Shown here piece after piece: positions 47,559 through 60,201 of a DNA stretch of 64,000 nucleotides. Source of the DNA: Plasmodiophora brassicae (Eukaryota); the NCBI GenBank assembly GCA_036867785.1, contig CP145419.1, positions 248,001-312,000 on the forward strand, given 5' to 3'. Position 1 is the stretch's first letter. The number at the start of each line of letters is the position of its first letter. The notes under the pieces were generated by a model, which worked only from the letters and a program-made list of their open reading frames with translations, did no database searches and was not told where the DNA came from. Made by a program: the position numbers and the translations under genes.

Positions 47559-49240
47559 ATGGGTCCCCATCCAACGATACGATCACTTATCGTGATCGTC
47601 CTGGCAGCCACTATCAGCCGCGCTGCTGTCCTGCGCTCCAGCGATACTGTGGACCATATCGTCGACGGCGCTGCTGCTGGAGACCATTCCCCGACGATCA
47701 AGGAACTTATCGCAGATTTTGACGGGGAACACCCGATTCGTCTCCACAGTATCGCCAACGCTACGCTAGAGCAGATTGTCGCGTTCATCAACGAAAACGC
47801 AGTGCCTGACGTATGCTCGTCCCCGTCCGACGATGCTGACCGGTTGCATGGGTCACTGATGTTCCATCATAGGCGAAGCGTGCCGTCGAATGGGTGCGGA
47901 CCAAGCTCAGGTCGATGGATCTTGCGGCTCAGTGCGATCTGGTCGCAGCCGCCAGCTACCTCCGCATGGACTTATTCCTGATGGCAATCGCGTCTAGGAA
48001 GCGCACGTGGAGCAGTATTTCCGTCATGGGCGAGCGTCTACCCGCCGATGCCTACCGGTTCATGGTGTACAACGTGCCCGGCATGACCATACTGGAACGC
48101 TTCGCCGACACAGAAGACAAGAAGACAGTCATCAAGCTCATTCGTGCCCTGCTCCTTCGAGGAGGCAATGCCACACTCGTCAGCAATGCACGATGGGGTG
48201 ATGCCAGAAACGTCGTGCACTGGGCCGTTGTGAATCGCGAGAAGGTGGTCCTCAGATTGCTGCTGGATGCGCCCGGCATTAACGTCAACGAGCCTGACGA
48301 CGAGGGGGGAACGCCACTGCATGTGGCTGTGCAACTACGCTACGAGGACGAGGTCCGGCTGCTGCTGGATGCGCCCGGCATCAACGTCAACGAGCCCGAC
48401 GGTAGGGGGAGGACGCCGCTGCATGTGGCCGTGTTACTGGGCCACGACAAGGAGGTCCGACTGTTGTTGAAGTCTAGCGGGGTCAACGTCAATGCTCGCG
48501 ACGATTTCCTGAAGACTCCGTTGCACGTGGCCGTGTTTCAAGCAATTGGAGAGGTACACGGACAAACCATGAAACGGTTGCTGAAGCACCCCGACGTCGA
48601 CGTCAATACGTATGATCACGACATGAAAACGCCGTTGCACGAGGCTGTCTTCTTGGGAAATCCGGCTATCCTCAGGCTGCTGTTGAAGCATCCAAAGATC
48701 AATGTGAACGTGCGAGGCCATAACGACAAGACACCACTGCACTGGGCCGCGTTCTATGCTCAAAAACCTGTCGTCTTCGAGTTACTGCTCAACACGACCG
48801 GCATCGACGTCTACGCGAAGGACGATGGGCAATGGACCGCATTGCATTGGGCGATGCGTCGTGGCGATGCTCATGTCGTGTCGCTGCTGATGAAACACGC
48901 ATCACCCACGATGCGTTTATCGTTTATGAGACGCTTCGAGCCATCTCCTGAGGACTCCAAGAACTCCTTTTCGGGGTCGTTGCGACGGACGTTCGAGTCA
49001 GCACGTCGGAAATTGGGATTTCCGGCACGTTCTGTTTCGTGGCCGTTGGCATCGCGCCGGACTCAACGGTTTAATTCGTCAACCGACTTATCACGCTCGT
49101 CGCGTCGGACAGGCGTCTCAGCGCCCCAGAACGTCTTCGCTAGGCCAGGCGACAACTCAACTTCGATCGTACTGTCGGGAGCGCCGACGAGATCCTTCGG
49201 ATGGCCATCTCTGTGGAACAGATTCACCTGCAAATTCTGA
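47559..49240 (+). CDS. Secreted SKP1/BTB-like + ankyrin-repeat protein (candidate effector)
   Basis: Signal-like IRSLIVIVLAATISRA; SPTIKELIAD..IRLHSIANATLEQIVAF..DLVAAASYLRM; about seven ankyrin repeats (TPLH(V/E/W)A..INVN); intron at ~47811-47872. Confidence 0.88.
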
Positions 49241-50297
49241 ACCATCCCTGTCGACCCTGTTGTCAGCGAAAGCAAATAAATCGTCACGCATGGTCGAACT
49301 CGAGATGGGATGCGGCGGAGATGCAAACTTGTACCATATATCCATCCCGAAGTCGTCGGTTTTCAGCCTGAACAATCGAAAGCCGACGTTGTAGGTTGTG
49401 AACAAGTTCACGTCGCTGTTCCACCTCTCTTGGTAAACCTGTGCAACGTGATGTGAACACTCCTGCTTTCACTTGGGCACATCCGCATGGGGATGAGCAG
49501 CATGCCGAGAACGCAAGCACCCGAACCATTTGGGTACGATAGAACCGAACCAGCAGTGTCTAAAACCAAGTACTCTCGGGACGTACTGGTTCGGCCCCGT
49601 ACGACGGGGCGTTTGCTCCAAGAACGGCAAATCGACGTCGTGGCACCTGCCTACCTGAGGGCGGACGAACCCCACCTCAACCAAACCAATTCATCGGCCA
49701 ATTAATTAGACAAGCAGTGGGCACCTTTACACACGTGGGATTGACGTTGGGGGCCTGCGGGTCCGAACAGGCGGGCGTCATTCAAACATTTCGCGGCATC
49801 GATCAACCCTGAGACTGACGGATCATCAGAGGAAAGCGATCCCCAGCAGCGAACACGTCCTGCTATGCGTCGGAAGCAGCCGTGGTGCAACGACGCTGGT
49901 ATTCGCGCGCACGTGCTCAAGGAAGACATTCCTCTTCGACATCCACAACGCGTCCGTCGGCGACGCGTCGATGTCGGAATGCTGCACCAATTTGCGAATC
50001 AACTCTCGAAGATTTCGTTCTCGATGGCCGCATCCAGGAACATGCTTTCGTTCTCCAGTCGCAGTGCCCGACTGGGACGCCATCATCAGCCAGCTACCTG
50101 CGGCCAATGGTGGAGCGCAACCATTGCCGCTCATCGCTAGCAGTGGTCTACGAGTTCGCAGCCAGCCGAAAGTCGGGTCGTATCCAGAGAACCCGAGCGG
50201 GTGAAGCACATGGCACCAGAAAGTCGCCTTCATTGGTACTCGGGGCACAGCTGGCAATGACGTGCGACACTCGGTTCGTGATCGTCATCGCGCCGGG

Positions 50298-51461
50298 TCA
50301 GACAAACCACGGCGCCGCGATCGACAGGACGAGAATCGAGATCAGCAACGACGGGCGGGATATCGACTGGGCGCTGCTGTGGGCCGCGGTTTCGGTGCCA
50401 GCGACCGACATCGTGTACGTGGGCGTCGAGAACGTCACGCCCGTCACGTCAACGCAAACGCCATCGGCGCCGTTGCTGGCGGAAGTCCACGCGGTGATGG
50501 CGATGGTGTCCTGCGACCCGCCGTCCGTCGACGACCTCGTCATGTTGATACTGGCGACCGCCGAGCTGAGCGTCGTGATCGACGGGTACAGGCTGGTGAT
50601 CGTCGACAGCGGCACGAAGGCGCGCAGCGACCCCTTCAGCAATTTCCCGTCCGGCGCCTTGTGCGCCGAGGCAAGCCGGTAATCGATGCCGTTCCCTCCA
50701 TGCGCCTGCGCCATCGCACCCATCATCGCGTTCCTCGTGGCGAACGCCGCCCCCGTCAACCCCTTGTTCTGGCAGTGGAAGAACAGGTTGGACAGCAGCT
50801 GGTAGCCTGTCGTGTTCTGCATGTTGCAATTCGAGGGCATGTCGCACGTGCAGCAGTTCGGTTGTGGGATGTTGTCCATGGCGAACACGGGGCTCAGCAC
50901 CGGGCGCACGCGCATGTGGACGAGCGTCGACCCGGACGACGACGTCGACGTGCTCCAGTACAGGAGGTCGCCGTTGATCCACGTCCACTGGAACGCGTCC
51001 GTGAACGAATTCAAGTCGACGGTCACGTCGATGACGCTGTTGACGTTGACCAGGGCCTTGCACGGGTTCTGCGCGTCGAGGAAATCGTACGCCACCGGCG
51101 CGTTCGACGAGCCCATTGTGCACCCGAACGAGATGCCGACGCGGTTCGGCGTCGCATAGCACCCGTTGCCGGGCGTCTGCCCCGTCGAGCACATGTTGAT
51201 CGGGTTCACCGTGCCAATGAAGCGCCCCTGCACCGCCTCGTAGCCCGTTGGCGGCGACGTCGACGGACCGGTCGCGTCCGTCCACGCCGCCGTCGTCGTT
51301 CCGTTCGTCGATACCGACAGGGACACGATCCACGGCCGGCCGGACGCGCCTTTCCCTGGAAGATTCGCCCAGGCGTTGCCGTCCGTCGACGCCTGCCCGT
51401 ACTGGCCCGTCACGGCATGGACGCCGACGGCGACAAGGACCACGACCGCAACGAGACGCAT
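50298..51461 (-). CDS. Intronless secreted, probably GPI-anchored beta-rich protein
   Basis: Signal MRLVAVVVLVAVGVHA; Cys-containing core; C-terminal small residues followed by hydrophobic SLLISILVLSIAAPWFV. Confidence 0.8.
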   Translation of the reverse strand: MRLVAVVVLVAVGVHAVTGQYGQASTDGNAWANLPGKGASGRPWIVSLSVSTNGTTTAAWTDATGPSTSPPTGYEAVQGRFIGTVNPINMCSTGQTPGNGCYATPNRVGISFGCTMGSSNAPVAYDFLDAQNPCKALVNVNSVIDVTVDLNSFTDAFQWTWINGDLLYWSTSTSSSGSTLVHMRVRPVLSPVFAMDNIPQPNCCTCDMPSNCNMQNTTGYQLLSNLFFHCQNKGLTGAAFATRNAMMGAMAQAHGGNGIDYRLASAHKAPDGKLLKGSLRAFVPLSTITSLYPSITTLSSAVASINMTRSSTDGGSQDTIAITAWTSASNGADGVCVDVTGVTFSTPTYTMSVAGTETAAHSSAQSISRPSLLISILVLSIAAPWFV

Positions 51462-51973
51462 GGCTCCCGACCTGGTTCTGTCTATCGCAGCAGCGCAGGC
51501 GACTGCGGCTCGCTAGTAGATCACGACCGTACCGACTCGGCTACACAAGAGGAGCTGTATTGGACACGTTTGTGGGCAGGCGGGCAGCGGCAGGAGTCGG
51601 GTACCCCGCGTGATCACAGTGTCAGCCCTACACACAGTACTAATGACGTACTCTCCTGTGCGAACCAGGGCCTCTGTGCTCGGCGTGCTACCTGCTGTGA
51701 AGGGCAACAGCCTTAAGCTAGTCGCGATCGGCGGCTCATAGGCCGCGTCGAAACTTCCCACTGGTTGGCAGAACGGGTCCGCCTCAGACGCGCGACCGAT
51801 AGATTAATTGGGCGGATCAGTAGGCGAAGACCGGTGTATGACTGGGTCGGCGAGGTCATACTTACCGAGGTGGCCCAGGACGGACACGGCCAGATTGTTC
51901 GATCTAGCGCAACCTGCAAGACATTTAATCGCAAGCGACCGCGTAATTCGAAGGCACGATGCCCGTTGTAGTA

Positions 51974-52774
51974 ATGCGACCGAGTCCTCTCGTCAGCTTG
52001 CTGTGCGTCTGCATTGGGGCGACGGTGACGAAGGCGCTGCTGCCTGACGCGGCCGTCGATCGGACGTACAACCCGGCTGAAGTCGAGCTGGTCGTCGAAC
52101 AGTGTGGGTTCCCGGTGATATCCGCTGCACAGAAGTTCGTGGTGCCCGTGCCCAAGGTCGGCGATCACAGCGGCGCTGATGACATATCACACATTCGCGA
52201 CTGGCAAGGGCGACCCGTTGGAGAACGCGGCCTGCTGTTCTACAACTTCAAGGACAGGTCGGAGCAGGCCTGCAACGGTGACGGCAACGGCGTCGTCATT
52301 ATCAACCAGGTCGACGCCGGCCAGGCCAAGCTGCTGGACGCGCAGGTGCGACGTCTAACGCAAGGGGCGGGCCCGGACGCGTTAACGCTCGACGGCGTAA
52401 GGAGCGTCCTCCAGTTGGCTATCGAGCTCGGCCTAACGGACATGTACAACTCGGACCGCGCGTTCGTCATGCAGAAGATGACACCGGTCGTCGCCGACGA
52501 CCCTGCCGCCGGCGCCTATTACGGGTTCCTGAAGCGCGACGACCGCGACGTTTGCGTGGCCGTCGCCGTCCAAGGCCGCCTGGCATACGAAGGTATCGCC
52601 GCCACGCCACAGCTGTTCTCCCGGGGCGCCGTCTTCGTTCGGCAACGCGTCGGCAACCGGGACGAAATCCGCGGCGTTCAGCCCGACGCGTTCCTGGACA
52701 CGTACCGGAACGCGGACGGGTCGCCAGTCACCGCCGTTCCGTGGTGCCGTCGGCACCGCGTCTCCCATTTGTAG
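51974..52774 (+). CDS. Intronless secreted protein of unknown function
   Basis: Signal-like MRPSPLVSLLCVCIGATVTKA; globular 266-aa ORF with a good codon pattern. Confidence 0.75.
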   Translation: MRPSPLVSLLCVCIGATVTKALLPDAAVDRTYNPAEVELVVEQCGFPVISAAQKFVVPVPKVGDHSGADDISHIRDWQGRPVGERGLLFYNFKDRSEQACNGDGNGVVIINQVDAGQAKLLDAQVRRLTQGAGPDALTLDGVRSVLQLAIELGLTDMYNSDRAFVMQKMTPVVADDPAAGAYYGFLKRDDRDVCVAVAVQGRLAYEGIAATPQLFSRGAVFVRQRVGNRDEIRGVQPDAFLDTYRNADGSPVTAVPWCRRHRVSHL

Positions 52775-52920
52775 CTCCCATAAACACAGTTGGACGGCGC
52801 GACTGCAGTGGAGCGCGGCCACGCACGCGGCACACACTGTTGTCTGCAACCTGCGAACTGCAACGACTGACTGTAGTAGCTGGCACAACCTGTTTTGGGC
52901 GGTGCTGGTGGTGGTGAACG

Positions 52921-55649
52921 ATGGCGGGGTCGACGGTGGTGCCCGGCGCCAAGGCGATCCTCGACGACGACGACCTAGAGACGAACACGCTGCTGGACGT
53001 TGATAAGGGCCCAGCGCCGCCGTCCGGCCTGCGTGCGTGCCTTGCGAGTCGGAGCGGGCGCCTGGCCTGCGTCGTCGCTGTCGTCCTTGCGTTGCTGTTC
53101 GTTAACGCCCAGGCCGGATACCACCGTCAGGCCAGCACCGTCGTTTGGTTGCCTTGTCGCGTATGCTCACGCCGGGTTAGGCCAGAGACCCCATAATCGG
53201 TACCTGGCGGAACGGTGCAGCGAGATCCTGGCGGCGCCCACGGCGACGACGGAATCGATCCGCGCCCCATGCCAAGTCGACGTGCATGGCATATCGGCCA
53301 TCGCATCGCTTCTGAGGAACACGTGGATCCACATGGTACGTCCCCGTCGTCTGTGCCATCTCGGGACGCGCCCAGACCGTCGCCTAGGTGGGCGAATCCA
53401 TGGGGCGCGACGTGTACCACGAGCTACGCGCTCAGCAGTACGGGCAGCCGTCGCCAGCATCGAAGACAGGCGACCACAGCCCACAGAGGTACAGGGCCGG
53501 GTCGGGGATGACGACCTTCACGTGGGCGCCCTTCCTGTCGGATATTGTCACGACGCCAATCCCGTCCGGCACGGGCGTTCTGCCGCGTCCAGACTTCATG
53601 TACATCGCCGCCGGCCTGCACGACGTCCTCTACCGGGCGAACTCGACCGATGACAACGTCGCCCTGTTCGCAAGCGACCTGAAGCGCCGTCAGGCCAGCG
53701 GCGCGAATGAGTTCGGGACCGTGATCGTCGAGCTGCCCCCCTGGATCGACCGGGACCGGATGTCGGACCCCAAGAAGTCGTTTGGCCATTTCGCCAACGA
53801 CAGGATCGAGTCGTTCCGCAAGGCGCTGTCGGATCGGCTACGCTCCGATGCGGTTAGCGCCCTGGTTCTGTCGCCGGCTTCCGGCGGCCCGTTCGACGAT
53901 CAGGCCGACGGGATCCACTCGACGTCGAAGACGCGGCAGTCCACCGAGCGCCTCCTGCAGATTATATACTGGGCCAAGTACGACCAGATGAAGGCGCCGC
54001 TATCGACGCCCCTCTTCGCCCTGGCCCTGCTGATGATCCCCGTCATCGTCGCTGCCGTATGGGCACAGATCAACGCGATGTCCATCGAAGGGCAGCGTCT
54101 GAACCATGCCGTGTTCACCGAGCATGGCGTACAGGCGATGACGGCCGCGGCTGTTCTGACCGTCGTCATGTTGTGTGTTTACCTGGCCGACGGGCCTACC
54201 GGTTTCATCCCTGTGACCCACAAGGTCCGTTCGTACACGATATTTGCGGTATCGTATGCAATCCTGTTCGTCGGCGCTGTCCTGTTCGTCCGGCGGGTTC
54301 CCGATTCACTGGCGGGGAAACGGGCAATCTTGAACCGGTGCCAAACGGAAGAATGGAAAGGTTCGGCAGGTTGTCGCCCGCCCCCGATGGTGAACGGCGC
54401 CTGACAAATGTGCCCAGGAATGATGCAGGTGGGGTTCATTTGGTACCACCTGTTCGACGCGGCGTCGACGTACAACCTGATCCGCGTCTTCGTCTCGTCG
54501 TACGTCTGGATGACGGGGTTTGGCAACTTCATCTTCTTTCAGTCGAAGCAGGACTTCTCCGCCCTGCGAATTGTCAAGGTCTGCGTTCCCGGTCGTACCC
54601 ATCGCGACGAGGGCGCCGCTAACTGTCACAGACGCTGTTCCGCCTGAACTTCCTCGTCGTCCTCATCTGCATCACCATCGGACGGGAGTGGATGCTGTAC
54701 TACATATGCCCGTTGCACTCGTTCTTCTTCCTGGTCACCTGGATCGTTGCCCGCATCGACGCGACAGCCAACAAGGTCGTCGATCGCGCTCTAATCAAGA
54801 TTGGGCTTAGCGCTGTGGTCCTGGCCGTTCTCTACGAGGTTCGGCGTCAGCCAGCTCGTGTCAGCCGTTGCGCTAATGGCTGCTCTGCTGTTGACAGGTT
54901 CCCGGCCTGTTCGACGCCTTGTTCGGTCTGGCGGGTTCGATCTTCATGCTGAACGGGTCCATGTACGAATGGCGGTTCCGGTGCCGCCTGGATGGATACG
55001 CGACCTGCATCGGCATGGCCTGTGCTCTACTGCTGCCAACCGTCTCGTCCAAGCTGCTGGAGCTGGACGATTCACAGGCTAAGGGTCGTACGCGGCGCCT
55101 GGCCATTGTCGGTGCATCGTTGGCCGTCCTGGGCGCGTGGTTCTTCTGGGTGTACCCGATGGACAAGTTCCTGTACAACGCCATCAACCCGTTCACGTCC
55201 TGGCTGCCGATACTGGCCTACCTGTTCCTCAGGAACGCAATCCCTGCGCTCAGGAACGTCTACCTGCCCCTGTTCCAGTTCATCGGGACGATCACGCTCG
55301 AAACCTACCTCCTACAGTTGCACTTGTACATGGTACGTAGGGTCGCCTCCATCTGATCGCCTGGATCGCCCGTTGATTGCTGGACCGTCAGACGCACGAT
55401 GCCAAGATGCTGTTGGATTTCCTCCCGGGCATGGTGATCCCGAACTTTGTCCTGTCGACGGCACTCTACATGATGGCGTCGTACGTGACGTTCAAGGCGA
55501 CGGCCTCGATCAACGACTTTCTGTTCTCGCCGAAGGGCGCCCTGGCAACGGTCAAGAAGCGGATCGCGCCGTTGGCCGCCGCGTTAACGGTCGGCGTCAT
55601 GGTCGACTCGTTGTTGGTTGCGACGTTCAGCCTGGCCGGCCACGAATGA
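52921..55649 (+). CDS. Cas1p/CASD1/RWA-family O-acetyltransferase (lumenal esterase-like domain + multi-TM acyltransferase); not CRISPR Cas1
   Basis: LNRCQTEEWKG, YNLIRVFVSSYVWMTGFGNF, LFRLNFL, LYYICPLHSFF, EWRFRCRLD, ITLETYLLQLH. Confidence 0.9.
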
Positions 55650-55742
55650 ATAACAACGTTCGTGTATCATCGACCTTCTATTGCCAGTCATGTGTGACGC
55701 CCAGTCATCGTACGCTCACGATCGCCAGCCCTAATAATCGTC

Positions 55743-58700
55743 ATGGTGATCCGCGCCGTCGAACATGACGACCTGGACGTCATCGCCGCCCTGCTCGGCG
55801 TCGAACTTCCCGACTACCTGCGGCGTGCCCGAACCTCGTCGCTATCGTCCCTGCTGCTGACGAGCACGATCGGCCTGGTGGAAACCGTCGGTGGCCACAG
55901 GAACATTGTCTCCGTTGCGTTCTTCGGCACCCGCCCCGAGGTCGTCGCCGAGCTGACGTGCCTGCCGGCGACCAGCTCGACGTCCTGGGTCGTTCTCGAG
56001 TTCGGTCCGTCATGCCCCGCTCTGCTCGCCGCCCTCTTCCAGTGGATGGCACGCGTCGACCGCATTGCCATGGTGGCGACCCTGTCCAGCTCGTCGCTGG
56101 CGGCGCTCATGGCGCCGGTCGCGTCGAACAATGACAACGCGGTCGACGTCAGGGTGGTGGAACGCGACGCGCTGATGGGGTCGTACGGGACGCGCCTGGC
56201 CCAGATCGAGGATTTCGACGACCTGTCGCCGATCTTCGAGGCGCAGAGCGACGTGCTGACGCAGACGTACGGCGAGTTCTTCCTCGCCGAGCTGATCGAG
56301 ACGCGCAACGAACAGAACCAGGCGTTCGTCCTCGTCCACAACGACCGTCCCATCGGTGGGCGACGCGGGTGAACCCCGTTGCCGCCGGGTCTGAACGCGC
56401 CTGACAGGGCTGGCGTGTGTGACGACCGAGATCGCTGCTAACCAGCTGGACGAGGTCTTCGACCTGAGAGCGTTCCCCGATTGCAACGCGTCGACATCCG
56501 CCTGCATCACATTGTGCTGCATCGACCGCCAGCACGAGTGGCGATCCAAGGCCCTGCTGGAGGCGGTCTTCTCGTACTATTCGTCCAGGACCTACGTCAT
56601 CATGTCGCTGCCGGCCGCCGCCGAAGCGGTACCCTGGGGCGGTGCGTTCGCGCCTCAGCGACTGACCGCGCCGTTCCAGATCACACTGCTCGACGAGTTC
56701 CAGCTGGTGCGCGTTCGCGAATCGGTCGCGTTCGACCACGTCCTGTACGTGTGCCACCGGGCGACGGTGATGCACCCGCCCGTGGTCACCATCGCCGGCC
56801 CGGACGACGCGGCCGCCATAGCCGGTTTCACAGCGACAGCATCGGGCGCGGTCCAGGATGGTGTCAGGGACGGGCGCGCCTGTATCGTCAGGTTCGCTGG
56901 CGACTGCCTCGGCGTCGTCGTGTGCAGCCGCCGCCTGACACCTGCCGAACTCGACGCGCTGTCGGACCACTACGACATTGACGACATCGTCGCCGGTCCC
57001 GATACCCGCGCCGCCCACATCGGTACTCGTCGACGGCGTCTCCCTGTTCGCACGTCCAACCATCGTTCCCGTAGAATCGGTACTGATAAGTCCTGCTCTT
57101 CACGGTTGGCGCCGGCACGTGTTCCTCGACGTCTGCAACTTGCTGGACCTGCAGGTCCTGTTCTACGTCGCCCAGCACGGGCAACCGGTCCTCGACGTGC
57201 ACGACCTGCTCGTCGACGCTGGTCACCGGAAGCGGCGTCATACGCGACGCGACGACCTGCTGTTCGCGACCAAGGCACTGGTCGTGCGACGCGCGCACCA
57301 CGTTAACGCCCGCGTCGTGGTGGTCGGCGCCTCGGAGACTTCGCAAGGGTTCCTGTCGGAACTGTTCCGCGACCTTCGCCACAAGACGTTCACGAACGTC
57401 GTCCTGGTGTCGGACGACGTGCCCGAGGACGCGTCGTGCCCGCTGCGCTACAGTGTGGTTCGAGGGGCGGTCACTGCCGTCCACTATGCAGAGAAGCGCA
57501 TCGCCCTGGACAGCCAGTCGACGGTGCCGTACGACTACCTGGTGGTCTGCACGGGGACGGAGGTGGCCCTGTCCGACGCGTTCCGCATGACGGGCGTGTT
57601 CCCGATGGATTCCCCGTCGATCATCGCCTCCGCGTACGCGTACATCCAGACCGACGTGCTGCAGCAGCCGAAATCCATCGTCGTCGTCGAAGGCGATTCG
57701 GTGCGCGCGCTGGCGATCTTCGCCGAGCTGGAACAGCGCGGCTTCCCGATGCAGGTTCGCGTCGCCCGTCAACGTCCATCGTGTTCTACGCCACACTGAC
57801 ATGATGGGGGCGCAGAACGCGATCTGGATGTACAATTCCCCGCACGACTGGTGCGACCAGGACGAGGACGTTGTCGGCCGCGTCCGCCAGGTAGCGCGGT
57901 GGGCGATGTGGTGCGTCGTGGCCTGACCCCCTTGTTAGGTCCTCGGCGAGCAGGGCATCGAGATGCTGACCGGACACGATGTCCTGCGCCCAGAATCGAC
58001 AACAAACCGCCTCCAGCGGATCGCCATCAAAGGTGCGTGCAATGTGATCGCCTGAAACGCGCGCGCAGGTCTGACGCGGCGCCGTCCAAGGGCCGGCCAC
58101 GTCGAAACGGATGCAGGTCGACGCCGACGGTGCGATGCACGTGAACTGCGCGGCGTTGCTGTGCAGCGGCAAGCGTCAGGTGAGGGGCGCGCGTCGGAAG
58201 AACTGCGCCCCGCCGGCCAGCTGACGGGAACGTGCAGCTGTCGAGGCGCATCCGAACGGCGTTCGCCCATGATCCCGTGGCCGTCGACCGCGGCATTGTC
58301 GTCGACGGCGACTTCCGGACGAACGACGTGTTCGTGTACGCGGGTGGCCCGGTCGCACAGATATCACGGAAGTGCGGCAGGCGCCCGGTCGACTTGAGCA
58401 AGTCGGGGGGTGTTCGTCCCTGTTACTGTTTGTGCGATAGTGATTATCGGCCAGGTGCTGCTCGAGAGAAGTGGGCGCTATGGTGGCAAGGAGCCTCTTG
58501 AGAGTCGTGGATCCGTCTACCGTCCTGCCAGTCGCAGGGACGCCCGGCGACGTGCCTCGGTTCACGCAGCCCAAGACCGACCTCTTGATGCTGCCAGGTG
58601 AGGCCCTGAGTGCCGGCATTTCATAACGTCTGATAGTCGTCAGGCGACGGCAACGTCTACTTTCGTAGCGTTCTGCCGGGTGGGATACCGGTTCGGTTCC

Positions 58701-59235
58701 TGAAGACGGATACGGCGGAACGGCTGACCAAGATCGGCGTGGACGCCATCGGGCGCATCGTATCGATGGCTGTCTGCGGTCAGGTCGACGTCGCCTTCGT
58801 TGAACAGCTATCGCGTGTCGTATCCCTTCCGGTATCCTTCCTCAACGGTGCCGATGATCGTCTGGCAAAGGTACCTGTACCGGGTTACAGAGAATGCGAC
58901 TACTGACGAGCGGCTAGGACCAGATCCCGGATCTGATCCCGTTCCTGACGGACCACTGGGCGACGCCCATCCTACATGACCGCCTGCCGTCATTGATACA
59001 GCTGATTCGCGACAAGATCCTGGAGCGCGGCCCAGGGGACAGCAACGGCCTCGTCGGCAAGGTCGCCGAGCTGGTCAGCAGGTCGTCATCTGGGATCGAG
59101 ACGGGCGAAATCGATGCCCTGGTGCGCTCCCTGACCGTTGACGACAGGAGCGTCGTACAGAACGCCCTGCTCGACCATATCGTACGCCACGAGCGCCACC
59201 TGCCGGGGCTGATCTGGCGGCGGCCCACAGAATGA
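55743..59235 (+). CDS. CFAP61: Cilia/flagella-associated protein 61-like
   Basis: RLAQIEDFDDLSPIF..LTQTYGEFFLAELIE; VNARVVVVGASET; VPYDYLVVCTG; GIVVDGDFRTND..YAGG (FAD/NAD-binding-like fold of CFAP61). Confidence 0.85.
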
Positions 59236-59364
59236 ATACAACAGGTGCCTCAGCTCCCGCGAAACGCGCGGACCCACGCAGAACTGCGCCGTCAGCGGTT
59301 GCAGCGACGGCATTTTTCGCGCTTGTGGCTTTGTCAAGGGAGCTCGGTCCGCCGCCGCCCGACG

Positions 59365-60174
59365 ATGGACGATTTGCAGGACGCCCTGGCCGGGCAGCGA
59401 CGCCTGCGGTTGCACGCGGACCGGTTCGTCGTCGCCTGGAACGGTGTCCTGGCGTTAACGTTTCGCGGATTTCCACGAGGGGTATCCGACGTCAAGGCGA
59501 CCATCGCGAAGCGCCTGTCGCTGCCGGGTGAGAACCCGGGGTCAAGGTGGCCCAAAGTTGGGATGGTGCCACTGTCAGCATCGCGGGGGCTGACGACGAA
59601 TCTCGTCAGGTGACGCTCGGCGCATGTGCCGACGGTGTCACGCTGTCGTACGAGGAGATGTGCCGCCTGCAGGATCTCTGCGAATCGTTCTCCGCACGCT
59701 TGCAGGCCATGGCATCCGTCGATATCCACACGCTGTCGTTCGTGAGATTCGCTTGCCGAAGCTTGGAGCGCGTGAAGACGCGCGTGGATTATCCGCTAGC
59801 CGCCGCCGACGACGACGACGTTGTCGACGAGGACGTTGGCGAGGAGCAGCGCCAGGCGGTGCTCGACGTCTATGCGGAAATGCAGGACAGGAGAGCATAT
59901 TGGAAGAAGGTCGCGCTGGTAAGCCATTTGGTGGTGCTGTCAGGCCTGGTTCGTTTGAACAATGTGTGTTCCGTAGGAAGGGAATCGCACTGGACATTAT
60001 CGGGAGGAGCATGTCGAGTCGACGCTAGTCGCGTTCCTGGACGACAACGCGGTCATCGACGTTATTGAGCGTTTCCAACGCGCCGTTGATGGGATCCTGC
60101 AGCCTGGTCGCTATGAATGGATCGGTCGTCCACACCTGCACCTGACGATACGATCGCTGGGGCAACTGTCGTGA
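59365..60174 (+). CDS. Hypothetical protein, possible 2H-phosphoesterase fold
   Basis: Three exons; ENPGSRWPK|VTLGA; C-terminal HLHLTIR (HxT). Confidence 0.6.
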
Positions 60175-60201
60175 CCTTCGATTTATATACGATGACGACG
60201 G

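Noticed and set aside
49290..50260. Possible gene or transposon relic between the ankyrin and GPI genes
   Set aside because: Only short ORFs with no recognisable motif, splice chain or terminal repeats.
58832..58842. U12-type donor GTATCCTT
   Set aside because: It lies within an apparently continuous CFAP61 exon (VSLPVSFLNG) and no U12 branch site was found.
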